32,000 nucleotides of DNA, from contig JBAZRV010000001.1 in assembly GCA_041662745.1 (NCBI GenBank), positions 90,001 through 122,000 on the forward strand, read 5' to 3'. This document shows positions 18,422 through 27,086 of the stretch, one piece after another. The number at the start of each line of letters is the position of its first letter. Within the stretch, counting starts at the first letter, position 1. The translations under genes and the position numbers were made by a program. This DNA comes from Patescibacteria group bacterium (lineage in GTDB: Bacteria; Patescibacteriota; Patescibacteriia; 2-01-FULL-39-33). Below the pieces are notes generated by a model. That model made no database searches. It had not been told where the DNA came from and saw only the letters and a program-made list of their open reading frames with translations.

Positions 18422-20363
18422 AAACGGCTCATGCGTGCCGATTACGGCAGAGCAACTCAAGCCTTTTGATGTTTTTGCCGGCAAATTGATACAAAGCGCC
18501 GGTTGGCAACCCAAAAAGCCGCTAACGGCGCCTTCAGCCGACGGCGGATTAAAATTTAGCGAATCAATGCCGATGGAAGAAAGAATCAATTGGCTGGAAC
18601 TCATTAAACAGTACAACCCCAACGGAATCATTAATTCCGCCAACGTCAACCAACTGCTCAATTCCTTGTACACGGGAATCGGCATCGGCTGTTACGTAGT
18701 GGAAATGTATGCTAAAAGTTCGGGATTGGCCAAATTGCTTGATGACAATTCGCGTCAACGGCTGAATGAAGGACAAAAAGCGGAATTTTCCAAAAAGCTG
18801 GCAACGGCTGCGGCCGTCGCCCAGTTCAGCTTCGCTTCCTTCGTCTCTTGGTCATTGTCGCGTTACCAAGGCGAAAAACTTGATTCCCTGTCTATGGATT
18901 TTCCCGGTTATCCGGAAATCTGCTTGACTGACTACTTGCGCGGTTTCAACTGCCTGTTAGTCTACATGGGAAAGTTCGTCAAAGAATCGGGAAAAATCAG
19001 AACTGATCTGGATCTTCTGAAGGCCGTCCAAGTGGCGGCTCAGGGAGCGCTGGACGAAATCAAACTGCGTCGCGACTCGTTGGAATACACCCAATTCTTC
19101 ACCGATGTGGCGTACAAGCTGGAAGGCGAAGATTTTACTATTTCCGGTTTTGAAAACAGATTAAACAACGGCACGATTGGCGTGGAGTTTAAGCGGGTTG
19201 ACATCAAAACCATTGTCGGCAATCGCGATGCCAAGCGTTTTTTCCAACGATTGGCTGTACGCGCGGCTTGCTATAAAGTGGCGGAGAGACGCAACGTCAT
19301 GTACGATTTAGGGGGTATGCCGGCCGCCAGCATCGGCTTTGGCATTCCCGGTACGGGTAAAACCATGATGATTGGCGCTTTTTCCACGATGCTTTACGAT
19401 CTCTGTAAGTGGCTGGAATTGCCCTATGTATTTGATCCTCATCCTCCCAATATCGTTTCTACCTACCAAGGCGGATCCAGAGAACGGGCCGAGGAGTGGT
19501 GGCAACGCATCTTGAATCCCAATAGGATTTCCTTCGGTCCGGCCGATGATGCTGAAGTTAATTATGAAGACAGGACCCGCCCAGGCGTGTCTGCCGGCGT
19601 CCGTGAAGTTATCGGCGCGGCTCTAACCAACCTGGAAGGGGCCTCAGCTATTTGGCGAGGCAACGCCGTAGTATTTTTTCTAACCAATATCCCCGATCAA
19701 CTGGATCCGGCTTTGCTGTCGCGCATTGTAACCCGTTTCAAAATTGATGGGGCTACCACCTGGCAGGATTTCCTGGACCAGGACCACTTATGGTGGAAAC
19801 GCATTGCCGAAATCGATCCTGCTTTCATTGCCATGGCCGATCCTGACGATTACGAATACTTGTTTGCTCAACGCCTGATCGGCAGCATGGCCGAGACTTA
19901 CATAGGCTATCAGCAACCAAGGGAACGGGTCATTCTGGATATTTTCAACCGCGTGAATAAAGAACGCGACATAAAGGAACAAAAGTTTTTTGCTCAACTC
20001 TATCAAGAAATCCAAAAACAATTTCCCAAATTCAGTTCGCGCGATGTCCGTAATATCCAACGGGCCGTTGACGATCGGTTGTTAGACTTTGATTTTCCTG
20101 AGGCCTGGATGTCCGATCCGGAAATATTTTTCCGTCAGCCTTACGACCGGCAAAAAATCATGGTGTTGGAATTAATGCGAGAGAATATGCAAGGAAAATC
20201 GTTCGCGGAAATCAGATTCCAAGAGGCGATGCGCTATCTGGACAATATGGTGGCGATTGTTGACCTGGGCCATCGTCGCGAAGTGGAACGAGCAAGCGAA
20301 CAAATGATGATCCAAGCGGAAGCCAGCCGGGCAATCCAAAGCCGATTGGAACCGCGCAAATAA
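18411..20363 (+). CDS. AAA+ ATPase (classical FtsH/Cdc48-like AAA core) with a large N-terminal extension
   Basis: 650 aa; Walker A GIPGTGKT (about 19336-19363); 'TYQGGSRERAEEWWQRI' resembling the AAA pore-loop region; degenerate Walker B-like 'RISFGPADDAEVN'; sensor-1 'VVFFLTN'; 'LDPALLSRIVTRF' arginine-finger region. Confidence 0.85.
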   Translation: MGDKNGSCVPITAEQLKPFDVFAGKLIQSAGWQPKKPLTAPSADGGLKFSESMPMEERINWLELIKQYNPNGIINSANVNQLLNSLYTGIGIGCYVVEMYAKSSGLAKLLDDNSRQRLNEGQKAEFSKKLATAAAVAQFSFASFVSWSLSRYQGEKLDSLSMDFPGYPEICLTDYLRGFNCLLVYMGKFVKESGKIRTDLDLLKAVQVAAQGALDEIKLRRDSLEYTQFFTDVAYKLEGEDFTISGFENRLNNGTIGVEFKRVDIKTIVGNRDAKRFFQRLAVRAACYKVAERRNVMYDLGGMPAASIGFGIPGTGKTMMIGAFSTMLYDLCKWLELPYVFDPHPPNIVSTYQGGSRERAEEWWQRILNPNRISFGPADDAEVNYEDRTRPGVSAGVREVIGAALTNLEGASAIWRGNAVVFFLTNIPDQLDPALLSRIVTRFKIDGATTWQDFLDQDHLWWKRIAEIDPAFIAMADPDDYEYLFAQRLIGSMAETYIGYQQPRERVILDIFNRVNKERDIKEQKFFAQLYQEIQKQFPKFSSRDVRNIQRAVDDRLLDFDFPEAWMSDPEIFFRQPYDRQKIMVLELMRENMQGKSFAEIRFQEAMRYLDNMVAIVDLGHRREVERASEQMMIQAEASRAIQSRLEPRK

Positions 20364-20374
20364 GGCCTCTCCCA

Positions 20375-20408
20375 ATGGAGGGGGTTACGGTAAAAAACCT
20401 AACCCCCT
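20375..20408 (+). other. Intergenic hairpin
   Basis: ggagggggtt acggtaaaaaacct aaccccctcc, 10-bp perfect stem, not followed by a T tract. Confidence 0.6.
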
Positions 20409-20447
20409 CCAAAATGCTGGTGGGGCTAAACTGAGGAAAGGACGAAG

Positions 20448-21752
20448 ATGGATAAACTACTTGCCGATGCCGGATTATTCGGTCAGGGCTTGACCCTGAT
20501 AGATACGCCGCAACTTGTAGAAAGATACAACGATTGCCTTAAACGATTGGGCCTTCCCCCGACTCAACTAACGTCATTTTCCATTGACGGCATCGGTTGG
20601 TCGCCGGAAATAGCCCAGGAAACTGGCAATCCGCTGTATCTGTCGCATGGCGTGGCTAATCAACTGGCGATAATCATTTCGCCCGATCAAGAACATAAGC
20701 CGATTTACTTTCCCTTCAGTTCGTTTGATCGTTCGCTCCTGGCGGAGTTCTTCAAAAAATTCCGTCAAGCTATTACGGATATCACTACGACTTCCGGCAT
20801 AGCCCTGGATATTGATCAAGAACTGACGTCTTATGAAACGATCTTGGATTTGCTCTTAGTGGAGAACATCACGGTTATAAGTTATTGCGATAATTTGATC
20901 CAGGCGGCTCAACGTCAAAGAGAGCTGACGGAAAGATTCCTTGCCCCGGGCGACAACTGGGCCGACAGGGAATTGGCCCGGCAAATTATCGCCAGCGCTC
21001 AACAGTATGGCAATTTGCGGTACCGTACGGTAGAAATACCGGAATGGCGCTACGATAATCTGGGCTGTTTTTATAGCCGGGCGCTGGACGGCGTGTTTAT
21101 ATTCCGCAATCTGCCCGGCGGCGACTTTATGGTCGTTGAGAACGGCAAATTGGCCAGAAAGAACCGAGCGACGCAAATTGACATTTTTCAATTGACTGAC
21201 AAGCGTTTAATAGATCGTTTGGAAGAGGCCGGACTAATCGCTGTTGATCTCTCCTGGTATCGGGATCATCCCGAAATTTTGGAAGAAAAACGCGATTGTC
21301 TGCTGATTGACATTCTTTCTGCCGCTGATCCCGAAATTGATTATCTGCATTTGACTGAACCGCAAAAAAAATCGCGCTTAAGAAATCTCGGTGTCAAGCT
21401 TCCCAAAATTTACAAGGATCTGGAACGGCTGATCAAACGATTGGGGCAGGATGAGGTTGAAAGTTTTAATGAACTATCAGATGAACTTAAACTTTTGCTC
21501 CTGCAACCGCACCCGGATCTGGAAGAAGAAATGTGGGAATTGGTCGGCATGCTGATTGCGCGCTTGCAACCCTGGCGGTTGCTTATCACGTTTATCTGCG
21601 ATAAGAATCTGTTCTATAAACGCTATGATGACTGGCCGAAAGGAAAACGGCTTTGGGCCATCGCTACGTTGAAAGAACATTACCGGCCCAAAATGAATAT
21701 TCTAAGAGAACGAGCCGCTGAAGCAGAATCAACTGAAGACCTGCAAAAATAA
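20448..21752 (+). CDS. Hypothetical protein starting MDKLLADAGLFGQGLTLIDTPQLVERYNDCLKRLG
   Basis: 434-aa soluble protein; SD gaggaaaggacg; N-terminus resembles that of the 17189 gene product. Confidence 0.75.
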   Translation: MDKLLADAGLFGQGLTLIDTPQLVERYNDCLKRLGLPPTQLTSFSIDGIGWSPEIAQETGNPLYLSHGVANQLAIIISPDQEHKPIYFPFSSFDRSLLAEFFKKFRQAITDITTTSGIALDIDQELTSYETILDLLLVENITVISYCDNLIQAAQRQRELTERFLAPGDNWADRELARQIIASAQQYGNLRYRTVEIPEWRYDNLGCFYSRALDGVFIFRNLPGGDFMVVENGKLARKNRATQIDIFQLTDKRLIDRLEEAGLIAVDLSWYRDHPEILEEKRDCLLIDILSAADPEIDYLHLTEPQKKSRLRNLGVKLPKIYKDLERLIKRLGQDEVESFNELSDELKLLLLQPHPDLEEEMWELVGMLIARLQPWRLLITFICDKNLFYKRYDDWPKGKRLWAIATLKEHYRPKMNILRERAAEAESTEDLQK

Positions 21753-21798
21753 ATTTTAATCGCTATCACCCTGAAACCGCAAAACAAGGAGGACAATC

Positions 21799-22590
21799 AT
21801 GCTGATTTTCTTATCTTACGCTCTGTTGTTTACCGCTCTCGGAATTTTTTGGTTCGGCATTGACAAATACTTCGGAGTAGTCGTCTTCTCTTTCGTTTAC
21901 AACCTAACCCACAGCAAGCGTTTGCCGGCCGATCGGGTTTCCGGTTTCATCTTGGGCCGCAAAGCGCGAGGACGATTCTACTCGGCTTTGCTTCTGGGTT
22001 TCGTCAATTGGCGGTCATGCCTCTACTTTATGACGCATGGCCCCGTAGTCAACTCTTTCCTCTTGCTACTGGCTGTCGTTTTTACGATGGTCGGCTTCTA
22101 TTGCGGTCCTATGGTCATGCGACTGTTGGGCAGACGCGACCAACTGCTTAAACATCTGGACGTAATTGACCAGATTGAAGCCGGAGAAATCCAAGTCGGC
22201 GATGAAGCCAAAAAGAAGGCCAAAAGCTGGTGGAAAAATTTAAAGGGCGGTTTAGCTGATTGGAAAAGCGCTCTCAGGGATGCGATCAACGCAACCAAAA
22301 ATCCGGAACAAGCCGCGGTTATTGACACGGCTCCCGCGGAAACGGAAGAGATGCCGGCAACGGCAGCGACCGAGCTATCCGCCCTGCAACAAGAACTTGC
22401 CGGTGTACAGGCCAGCATTAATCTTATGGGCGAGCAGGCCAAAACCGCTCCATCAAACAGTAATGGCGATGAGGCGATTCAACCACCAAATGAAAACCAT
22501 TTGAAAAAAGCGAAAGCCTGTCTGGAAAAATTTTCCCGAGGCGAGGATCCCGGCCTGGGGGCGTCCGATTCCGACCTCAAAAATGAATAG
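21799..22590 (+). CDS. Membrane protein with a cytoplasmic-type helical tail; unknown function
   Basis: 263 aa; N-terminal TM segments (LIFLSYALLFTALGIFWFGI..., SFLLLLAVVFTMVGFY), then a charged region; SD caaggagg. Confidence 0.75.
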   Translation: MLIFLSYALLFTALGIFWFGIDKYFGVVVFSFVYNLTHSKRLPADRVSGFILGRKARGRFYSALLLGFVNWRSCLYFMTHGPVVNSFLLLLAVVFTMVGFYCGPMVMRLLGRRDQLLKHLDVIDQIEAGEIQVGDEAKKKAKSWWKNLKGGLADWKSALRDAINATKNPEQAAVIDTAPAETEEMPATAATELSALQQELAGVQASINLMGEQAKTAPSNSNGDEAIQPPNENHLKKAKACLEKFSRGEDPGLGASDSDLKNE

Positions 22591-22598
22591 GAGAAGGC

Positions 22599-24224
22599 AT
22601 GATGAGTGAAAAACAAGATAAGGGCGGTCGGCTATACTGGCTGTTCAAACACAGCGCCGGCTGGGCGCTGAATTTTGCCAAACGCCACTGGCTGATTTTT
22701 ACCATCCTCCTGTTGGCAACTTGTCTGGAACTGTTTATCGCCCGAGGTTATGTGTACGGGTATATTATCACTGTCAGGAAATTCTTCGGTTCTTTTTTGG
22801 CAATAATTTCAGCCCTAGGCGTTTTCCGTTGGCTATACCGCAAATACCGTTGGCGCGGAAAACTATTGCTGGTAATCTTCTATTTGCTTGTTAGTTATGG
22901 CATTTATGAAGTCGGCAAACCGATTCATCATTACTTTGCGCAGTTTTACTGCTACAAAATAACTGATTTCGTAGAGCTGGATCAATTGCCGGAAACGGCC
23001 CATGAGCGGATCTTGCCGCTCAACTCCGTTTTCTCGCAAGCGCGGGAATTGGTGCAGGACAATGTCCAACCGGCCGAACCCCACTTCGTACGAATTGACG
23101 ACCAATACCGTTTCACTATGGGCATTGAACCCACTCCGCTTCTGCCCCGTATTTTTTCCGGAATCCGTCAAGTTTATAATATTGACGGCGCCTCCCCGTC
23201 GCCTGATTGGGGTTTGCAAAATCTGGTTGATGTCAGATTTGAAACCGGAGAAGGACTTAAGTGGAGCAGGAACACTTACATTGCCACCAGTCGCGCCTTC
23301 GGATTGTGGCGCTATTTCAACTATGAGCCGGACGGCGTTATCTACCTTAAAGACGACTCCGGAAAAATGGTGCAAGCGGTGCCACTGATCCGTTGGAAAG
23401 GGTTATTGTTTCCCCGGCCAACTTTTGGCGGCGTGCAAGTAATTGAACAATCGCCGGACGGCATCTGGCAAAGCCTCAGGCGAGTCCTGTTCGGCTGCGG
23501 TTATTATGTCTCGCCGGCCAAAATGAAAAACTATCCGTTCTTAAACGGACAGAACGTTCTATCTTACAAGGTGTCTCGTTATGTCGCTGAAAGCTTCAAA
23601 TTCCATAAAGGGCTTTCTGCTCCTCTGCCTTGGATCCATCGAGGCGATGTCAGAATCGCCAATATGCCCGAGGATATGAACGACCAACCATTCACTATCT
23701 TTTTCCGTCTGGGACAACTTGGCGGTAAAGATGCTCTTTATCACTACTTCTCACTTCAACCCTACTCGGAAAAATCGCAAGGGTTATCCGTTTCCCTGTT
23801 CGTGCCGGCTGATGGCCTGGGAAAAATATTTATCTTCTCTCATCACCAGAAAGAACCGATGCTGGGAGTGACCGCCGTAACCAATAAAGTCATCGGCGAT
23901 CATAAGTTTTTTGACTGGACAATCAATCGGCCGGTTGAACAACGGCCCTACATCACCAAAGTAAACGGCAAGATCCGCTTTTACTGGCTGACGACCGTCG
24001 TTACCCTGGACAATAAGGACGCCAAACATTATATTGCCGGCAGTCGTCCCGACGTAATCTTGACCGACGCGGCCAATCAATGCGTTTATTGGATGGAGTC
24101 AGCTGACTCCAGTGCTTGGAAAAAGCAACTGGAAGCGAATGTCAGTTTCAAGCCAGTTATGGGAGGACCGCCTCAAGCAGAAAAAGTGGAACCGGCGACG
24201 ATCCAGCCGATTTCCGCAGAATAA
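22599..24224 (+). CDS. Membrane-anchored protein with a large C-terminal domain; unknown function
   Basis: 541 aa; N-terminal hydrophobic segments (LIFTILLLATCLELFIARGYVYGYII; FFGSFLAIISALGVF; LLLVIFYLLVSYGIYEV) followed by about 430 non-TM residues; ATG about 22602 with SD gagaagg. Confidence 0.75.
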   Translation: MMSEKQDKGGRLYWLFKHSAGWALNFAKRHWLIFTILLLATCLELFIARGYVYGYIITVRKFFGSFLAIISALGVFRWLYRKYRWRGKLLLVIFYLLVSYGIYEVGKPIHHYFAQFYCYKITDFVELDQLPETAHERILPLNSVFSQARELVQDNVQPAEPHFVRIDDQYRFTMGIEPTPLLPRIFSGIRQVYNIDGASPSPDWGLQNLVDVRFETGEGLKWSRNTYIATSRAFGLWRYFNYEPDGVIYLKDDSGKMVQAVPLIRWKGLLFPRPTFGGVQVIEQSPDGIWQSLRRVLFGCGYYVSPAKMKNYPFLNGQNVLSYKVSRYVAESFKFHKGLSAPLPWIHRGDVRIANMPEDMNDQPFTIFFRLGQLGGKDALYHYFSLQPYSEKSQGLSVSLFVPADGLGKIFIFSHHQKEPMLGVTAVTNKVIGDHKFFDWTINRPVEQRPYITKVNGKIRFYWLTTVVTLDNKDAKHYIAGSRPDVILTDAANQCVYWMESADSSAWKKQLEANVSFKPVMGGPPQAEKVEPATIQPISAE

Positions 24225-24300
24225 CAGTTAATCAAAAACATTTTTAACAAAAAAACAGACGAAACCGCCAAGAGCGACTCGTCATCAAAGGAGAACCATC

Positions 24301-24498
24301 ATGTTGGTTGCTGTCACTATTTTGATTATCGGTCTGTTCGTTGGGTACAAATTCAAGGTAGCGGAAAAATATCTGATGCCGTTCTGGCGCAATGTGATCA
24401 AGCCCTTCATTGTAACCAAGGTCAAGCCCTTCATCACGACGAAGGTCCTGCCGGCATTGGCAAGGCTCGTCAATGCCCCCGTGAACCGGCAACAATAA
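24301..24498 (+). CDS. 65-aa single-TM protein with a repetitive amphipathic helix
   Basis: MLVAVTILIIGLFVGYKFKVAEKYLMPFWRNVIKPFIVTKVKPFITTKVLPALARLVNAPVNRQQ; SD aaaggag. Confidence 0.7.
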   Translation: MLVAVTILIIGLFVGYKFKVAEKYLMPFWRNVIKPFIVTKVKPFITTKVLPALARLVNAPVNRQQ

Positions 24499-24516
24499 TA
24501 AGTACTTTCTCATTCC

Positions 24517-24546
24517 GTTCCGACGTTTTCGTCGGAACGGTTTTAT
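24517..24546 (+). terminator. Rho-independent terminator ending the cluster
   Basis: ccgttccgacg tttt cgtcggaacgg ttttat. Confidence 0.85.
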
Positions 24547-24597
24547 ATTTGATCAAAAAATCCCGGCCTTAAACCGAGACTGAACCGCAACGCATTA

Positions 24598-25173
24598 TCA
24601 ATCATTAACCTTAAGCATTTGTTCCATTAAATTAATAAATACTTTGGCATTAACTTCCACATCGGGCATGGCGCGATGGGCATTACGATTCTCATGTCCG
24701 AAGTGACGGGCCACGGCTGTCAGATTATACTGCGGCAAAGACAGCAGTTTGCGAGACAATTCCAAAGTGTCAATCATCTTATTCTGCGGCGCGCTTAAAG
24801 CATGGCGCTGGACATGAGATAGGACAAACAGCCAATCAAAGTCTTTAATATTGTGGCCAACCATAATAGAATCACCGGCGAAAGACAAAAATTCAGCCAG
24901 CACCTGGCTGCCGGGACGGCCATTAACCAATAAATATATCTCATTTAGGCCGTTAATTTTCTCCACTTCCGGCGCAATCGGACGCGTGGGGCGGATCAAG
25001 GCCTCAAAACGAGCCAGCTCCTCACCGCCACGCAAACGAATGCCGGCGATTTCCAGAATTTCATCGCGCGCCGGATCCAGGCCGGAAGTTTCCAAATCAA
25101 AAACCGTAAATTCCGTCTTGAGAAAGCTCCGGTATTTCTCTTTCAGTTGTTCCGCTGTCATGTTGTTTGCCAT
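24598..25173 (-). CDS. 3'-5' exonuclease, DEDDh (DnaQ/PolC epsilon-like) family
   Basis: 'FTVFDLETSGLDPARDEILEIAGIRL', 'MVGHNIKDFDWLFV', 'HRAMPDVEVNAKVF' are the ExoI/II/III DEDDh motifs. Confidence 0.9.
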   Translation of the reverse strand: MANNMTAEQLKEKYRSFLKTEFTVFDLETSGLDPARDEILEIAGIRLRGGEELARFEALIRPTRPIAPEVEKINGLNEIYLLVNGRPGSQVLAEFLSFAGDSIMVGHNIKDFDWLFVLSHVQRHALSAPQNKMIDTLELSRKLLSLPQYNLTAVARHFGHENRNAHRAMPDVEVNAKVFINLMEQMLKVND

Positions 25174-25280
25174 AATATGGATATATTAACTGAATAAAAA
25201 AAATAATTCAACTTAATTGTTCGCCGATTAACAATAAAAAAATAATTTTAAAAAATATTATCGGCAGTTGTGGATAACTA

Positions 25281-25309
25281 TTGTTGTCAGAAAAAAAATA
25301 TGCTATAAT
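25281..25309 (+). promoter_or_regulatory. Putative promoter for the Lys-rich mini-protein
   Basis: TTGTTG-17 nt-TATAAT. Confidence 0.55.
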
Positions 25310-25384
25310 ATATTCAGTTGAAATAGTTTTTGCAGAGAAAATCGTTTCAGCTTACACTTATAAAAGAAGGGAGGTGAGCTATTT

Positions 25385-25492
25385 ATGGCTAAAAAGAAAA
25401 AAGCAAAGAAGAAGGTCGCGAAAAAGACCGTAAAGAAGGCTGCAAAGAAACCGGCAAAGAAAAAGAAAGCTGCCAAAAGAAAGAAGAAATAA
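25385..25492 (+). CDS. 35-aa extremely basic Lys/Ala-rich protein (histone H1-like/nucleic-acid-binding candidate)
   Basis: MAKKKKAKKKVAKKTVKKAAKKPAKKKKAAKRKKK; perfect SD GGGAGGTGAG, own promoter and terminator; below the ORF-track size threshold. Confidence 0.8.
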   Translation: MAKKKKAKKKVAKKTVKKAAKKPAKKKKAAKRKKK

Positions 25493-25507
25493 AAATTTTC
25501 TCAAGGG

Positions 25508-25540
25508 AAAAATCCCCTCTCTGCAGAAGGGGATTTTTTC
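25508..25540 (+). terminator. Rho-independent terminator
   Basis: aaaatcccc tctctgcagaa ggggatttttt. Confidence 0.8.
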
Positions 25541-25564
25541 TTTGGCAAAATTTTATTTTAAATT

Positions 25565-26809
25565 TTAAAATAATTCTTTTTGCTCGGCCGGAGACCGGGT
25601 ATTTTTTATCTTTATCCTGCCGAAGATGCCGTCATAACCGGCGGCGATTTCCACTTGGCCCTGACGCATGGCGATTATGGCCTCGGTGATTTCCGGCAGG
25701 GTGATCTTATTCAATTCTGCCGAAGATGCGTCCAATAATATGGCGAATTCATTGGCATGACTGATCAAATTAAAATATTCTTTCCGGACTTTTTTGGAAT
25801 TTTTCCCCACCCCCGAGACGGCAGCGATTATTTCTTGCAAAGGAACTAAATTTTTGTAAGGGATAAAATCATCGATTGCGATTTCTTGCCGATCGGCCAA
25901 GGAGTTGACCCGATTAAGAACGCCCAGAGTAAGCGGTTTGCCGCACTTCGGGCATCTATTGTCCAGTTGCCGGCTTTTCTCCGGCTCGCAAGAAAAACCG
26001 CACACGGCGTGACCGTCAATATGATACTTTCCTTCCTCGGGAAAAAATTCTACTGTCATTAAAAACCTTTTGCGATCTTTTTCTTTTATTATTCTTCTCA
26101 GCTCCTGATAAGAAAATTTATTTTCACTAAAATCAAAAACATTAGCTTCGCGTCCGAGATTGGCCGGTGAATGCGCGTCGGAATTGGAAAGCAGAGTTAA
26201 CCGATCCAATTTTGACAAACGCCAATTCATCGCCGGATCGGAAGATAGGCCCGTTTCCAACGCAAAAATTTTCGGCGTCAATTCTTCAAAACATTCTTCC
26301 AGCGAATCAAAGCCGGATTTTGATCCGAACACGGCAAACCATGGCGTCCAAATATGCGCGGGAAAGACAATAATATTTTCATCAACCGCAAAAGCCAGGC
26401 GTGCCAATTCTTTGGCTGGTAGGCCGATAATCGGCCGGCCGTCTGATTTTAGGTTGCAACCGCGATTAATTAACTCTTGAATCAGCTTTTCCGCCGCCTC
26501 AATTGACGGCAAAAGCAAGCAGGTATGGATGCGCCGGCATTTTCCGCCTTGAGTATAGATACAGCTGATTTCTCCGCCCAAAACAAACCTAACCGCGGAA
26601 GAACCGTCCTTAAGCTGAAAAAATCCCGGTTCCGCCGAAATCAATTCTTCTTTAATTGATTTAAACCAGGCCGGATGAGTAAAATCACCGGTAGCAACTA
26701 AGTCGATGCCCTTATGCTCGCACCATTTGGCAATATTGGGCAAGGTCAATTCCCGGCTGCAGCCGCGGGAATATTTTGAGTGGATGTGTAAATCAGCAAT
26801 GACTTTCAT
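25565..26809 (-). CDS. Endonuclease Q-like PHP-domain protein
   Basis: 414 aa; 'IADLHIHSKYSRGCSRELTLPNIAKWCEHKGIDLVATGDFTHPAW', 'LLSNSDAHSPANLGREANVF' and a zinc finger 'HAVCGFSCEPEKSRQLDNRCPKCGKPLTLGVLNRV'. Confidence 0.85.
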   Translation of the reverse strand: MKVIADLHIHSKYSRGCSRELTLPNIAKWCEHKGIDLVATGDFTHPAWFKSIKEELISAEPGFFQLKDGSSAVRFVLGGEISCIYTQGGKCRRIHTCLLLPSIEAAEKLIQELINRGCNLKSDGRPIIGLPAKELARLAFAVDENIIVFPAHIWTPWFAVFGSKSGFDSLEECFEELTPKIFALETGLSSDPAMNWRLSKLDRLTLLSNSDAHSPANLGREANVFDFSENKFSYQELRRIIKEKDRKRFLMTVEFFPEEGKYHIDGHAVCGFSCEPEKSRQLDNRCPKCGKPLTLGVLNRVNSLADRQEIAIDDFIPYKNLVPLQEIIAAVSGVGKNSKKVRKEYFNLISHANEFAILLDASSAELNKITLPEITEAIIAMRQGQVEIAAGYDGIFGRIKIKNTRSPAEQKELF

Positions 26810-26892
26810 AATATTAATATACTAACAAGTCGGCGGTTTTAAAGCAATATTAAAACCGGAGAAACAAGCTCTCCGGCTAAAAGGTACAGTTT

Positions 26893-27075
26893 CTATGTCA
26901 TAATCACATGCAATGTCAAAGAGGCGAGAAAAAAAGCGGCAGCCAGAGCGATTGTAATGATTAACTTCTTAAAATTTTCTTCTGTCATCTCGTCTGGGTC
27001 AAACTGTCCCGCCGAAAAAAACAAAAATGCAATTCCTACAAAAAACAACAATGTTGTTAAGACGAATATAAGCAT
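26893..27075 (-). CDS. Small two-TM hypothetical membrane protein
   Basis: 60 aa, hydrophobic, co-oriented with the neighbouring gene. Confidence 0.5.
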   Translation of the reverse strand: MLIFVLTTLLFFVGIAFLFFSAGQFDPDEMTEENFKKLIITIALAAAFFLASLTLHVIMT

Positions 27076-27086
27076 GTCATTCCTCC

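Noticed and set aside
15028-23744. Minus-strand ORFs (15028, 15768, 16410, 16549, 18080, 18564, 19040, 19308, 19788, 20172, 20574, 20856, 22098, 22863, 23559 etc.) antisense to the AAA+ cluster
   Set aside because: Mirror ORFs of well-supported plus-strand genes, low-complexity and without motifs.
14557-24498. Interpretation of the AAA+ cluster as an anti-phage defence system
   Set aside because: No nuclease, toxin or sensor domain recognisable and no adjacent defence genes; membrane richness points elsewhere, so no defence claim is made.
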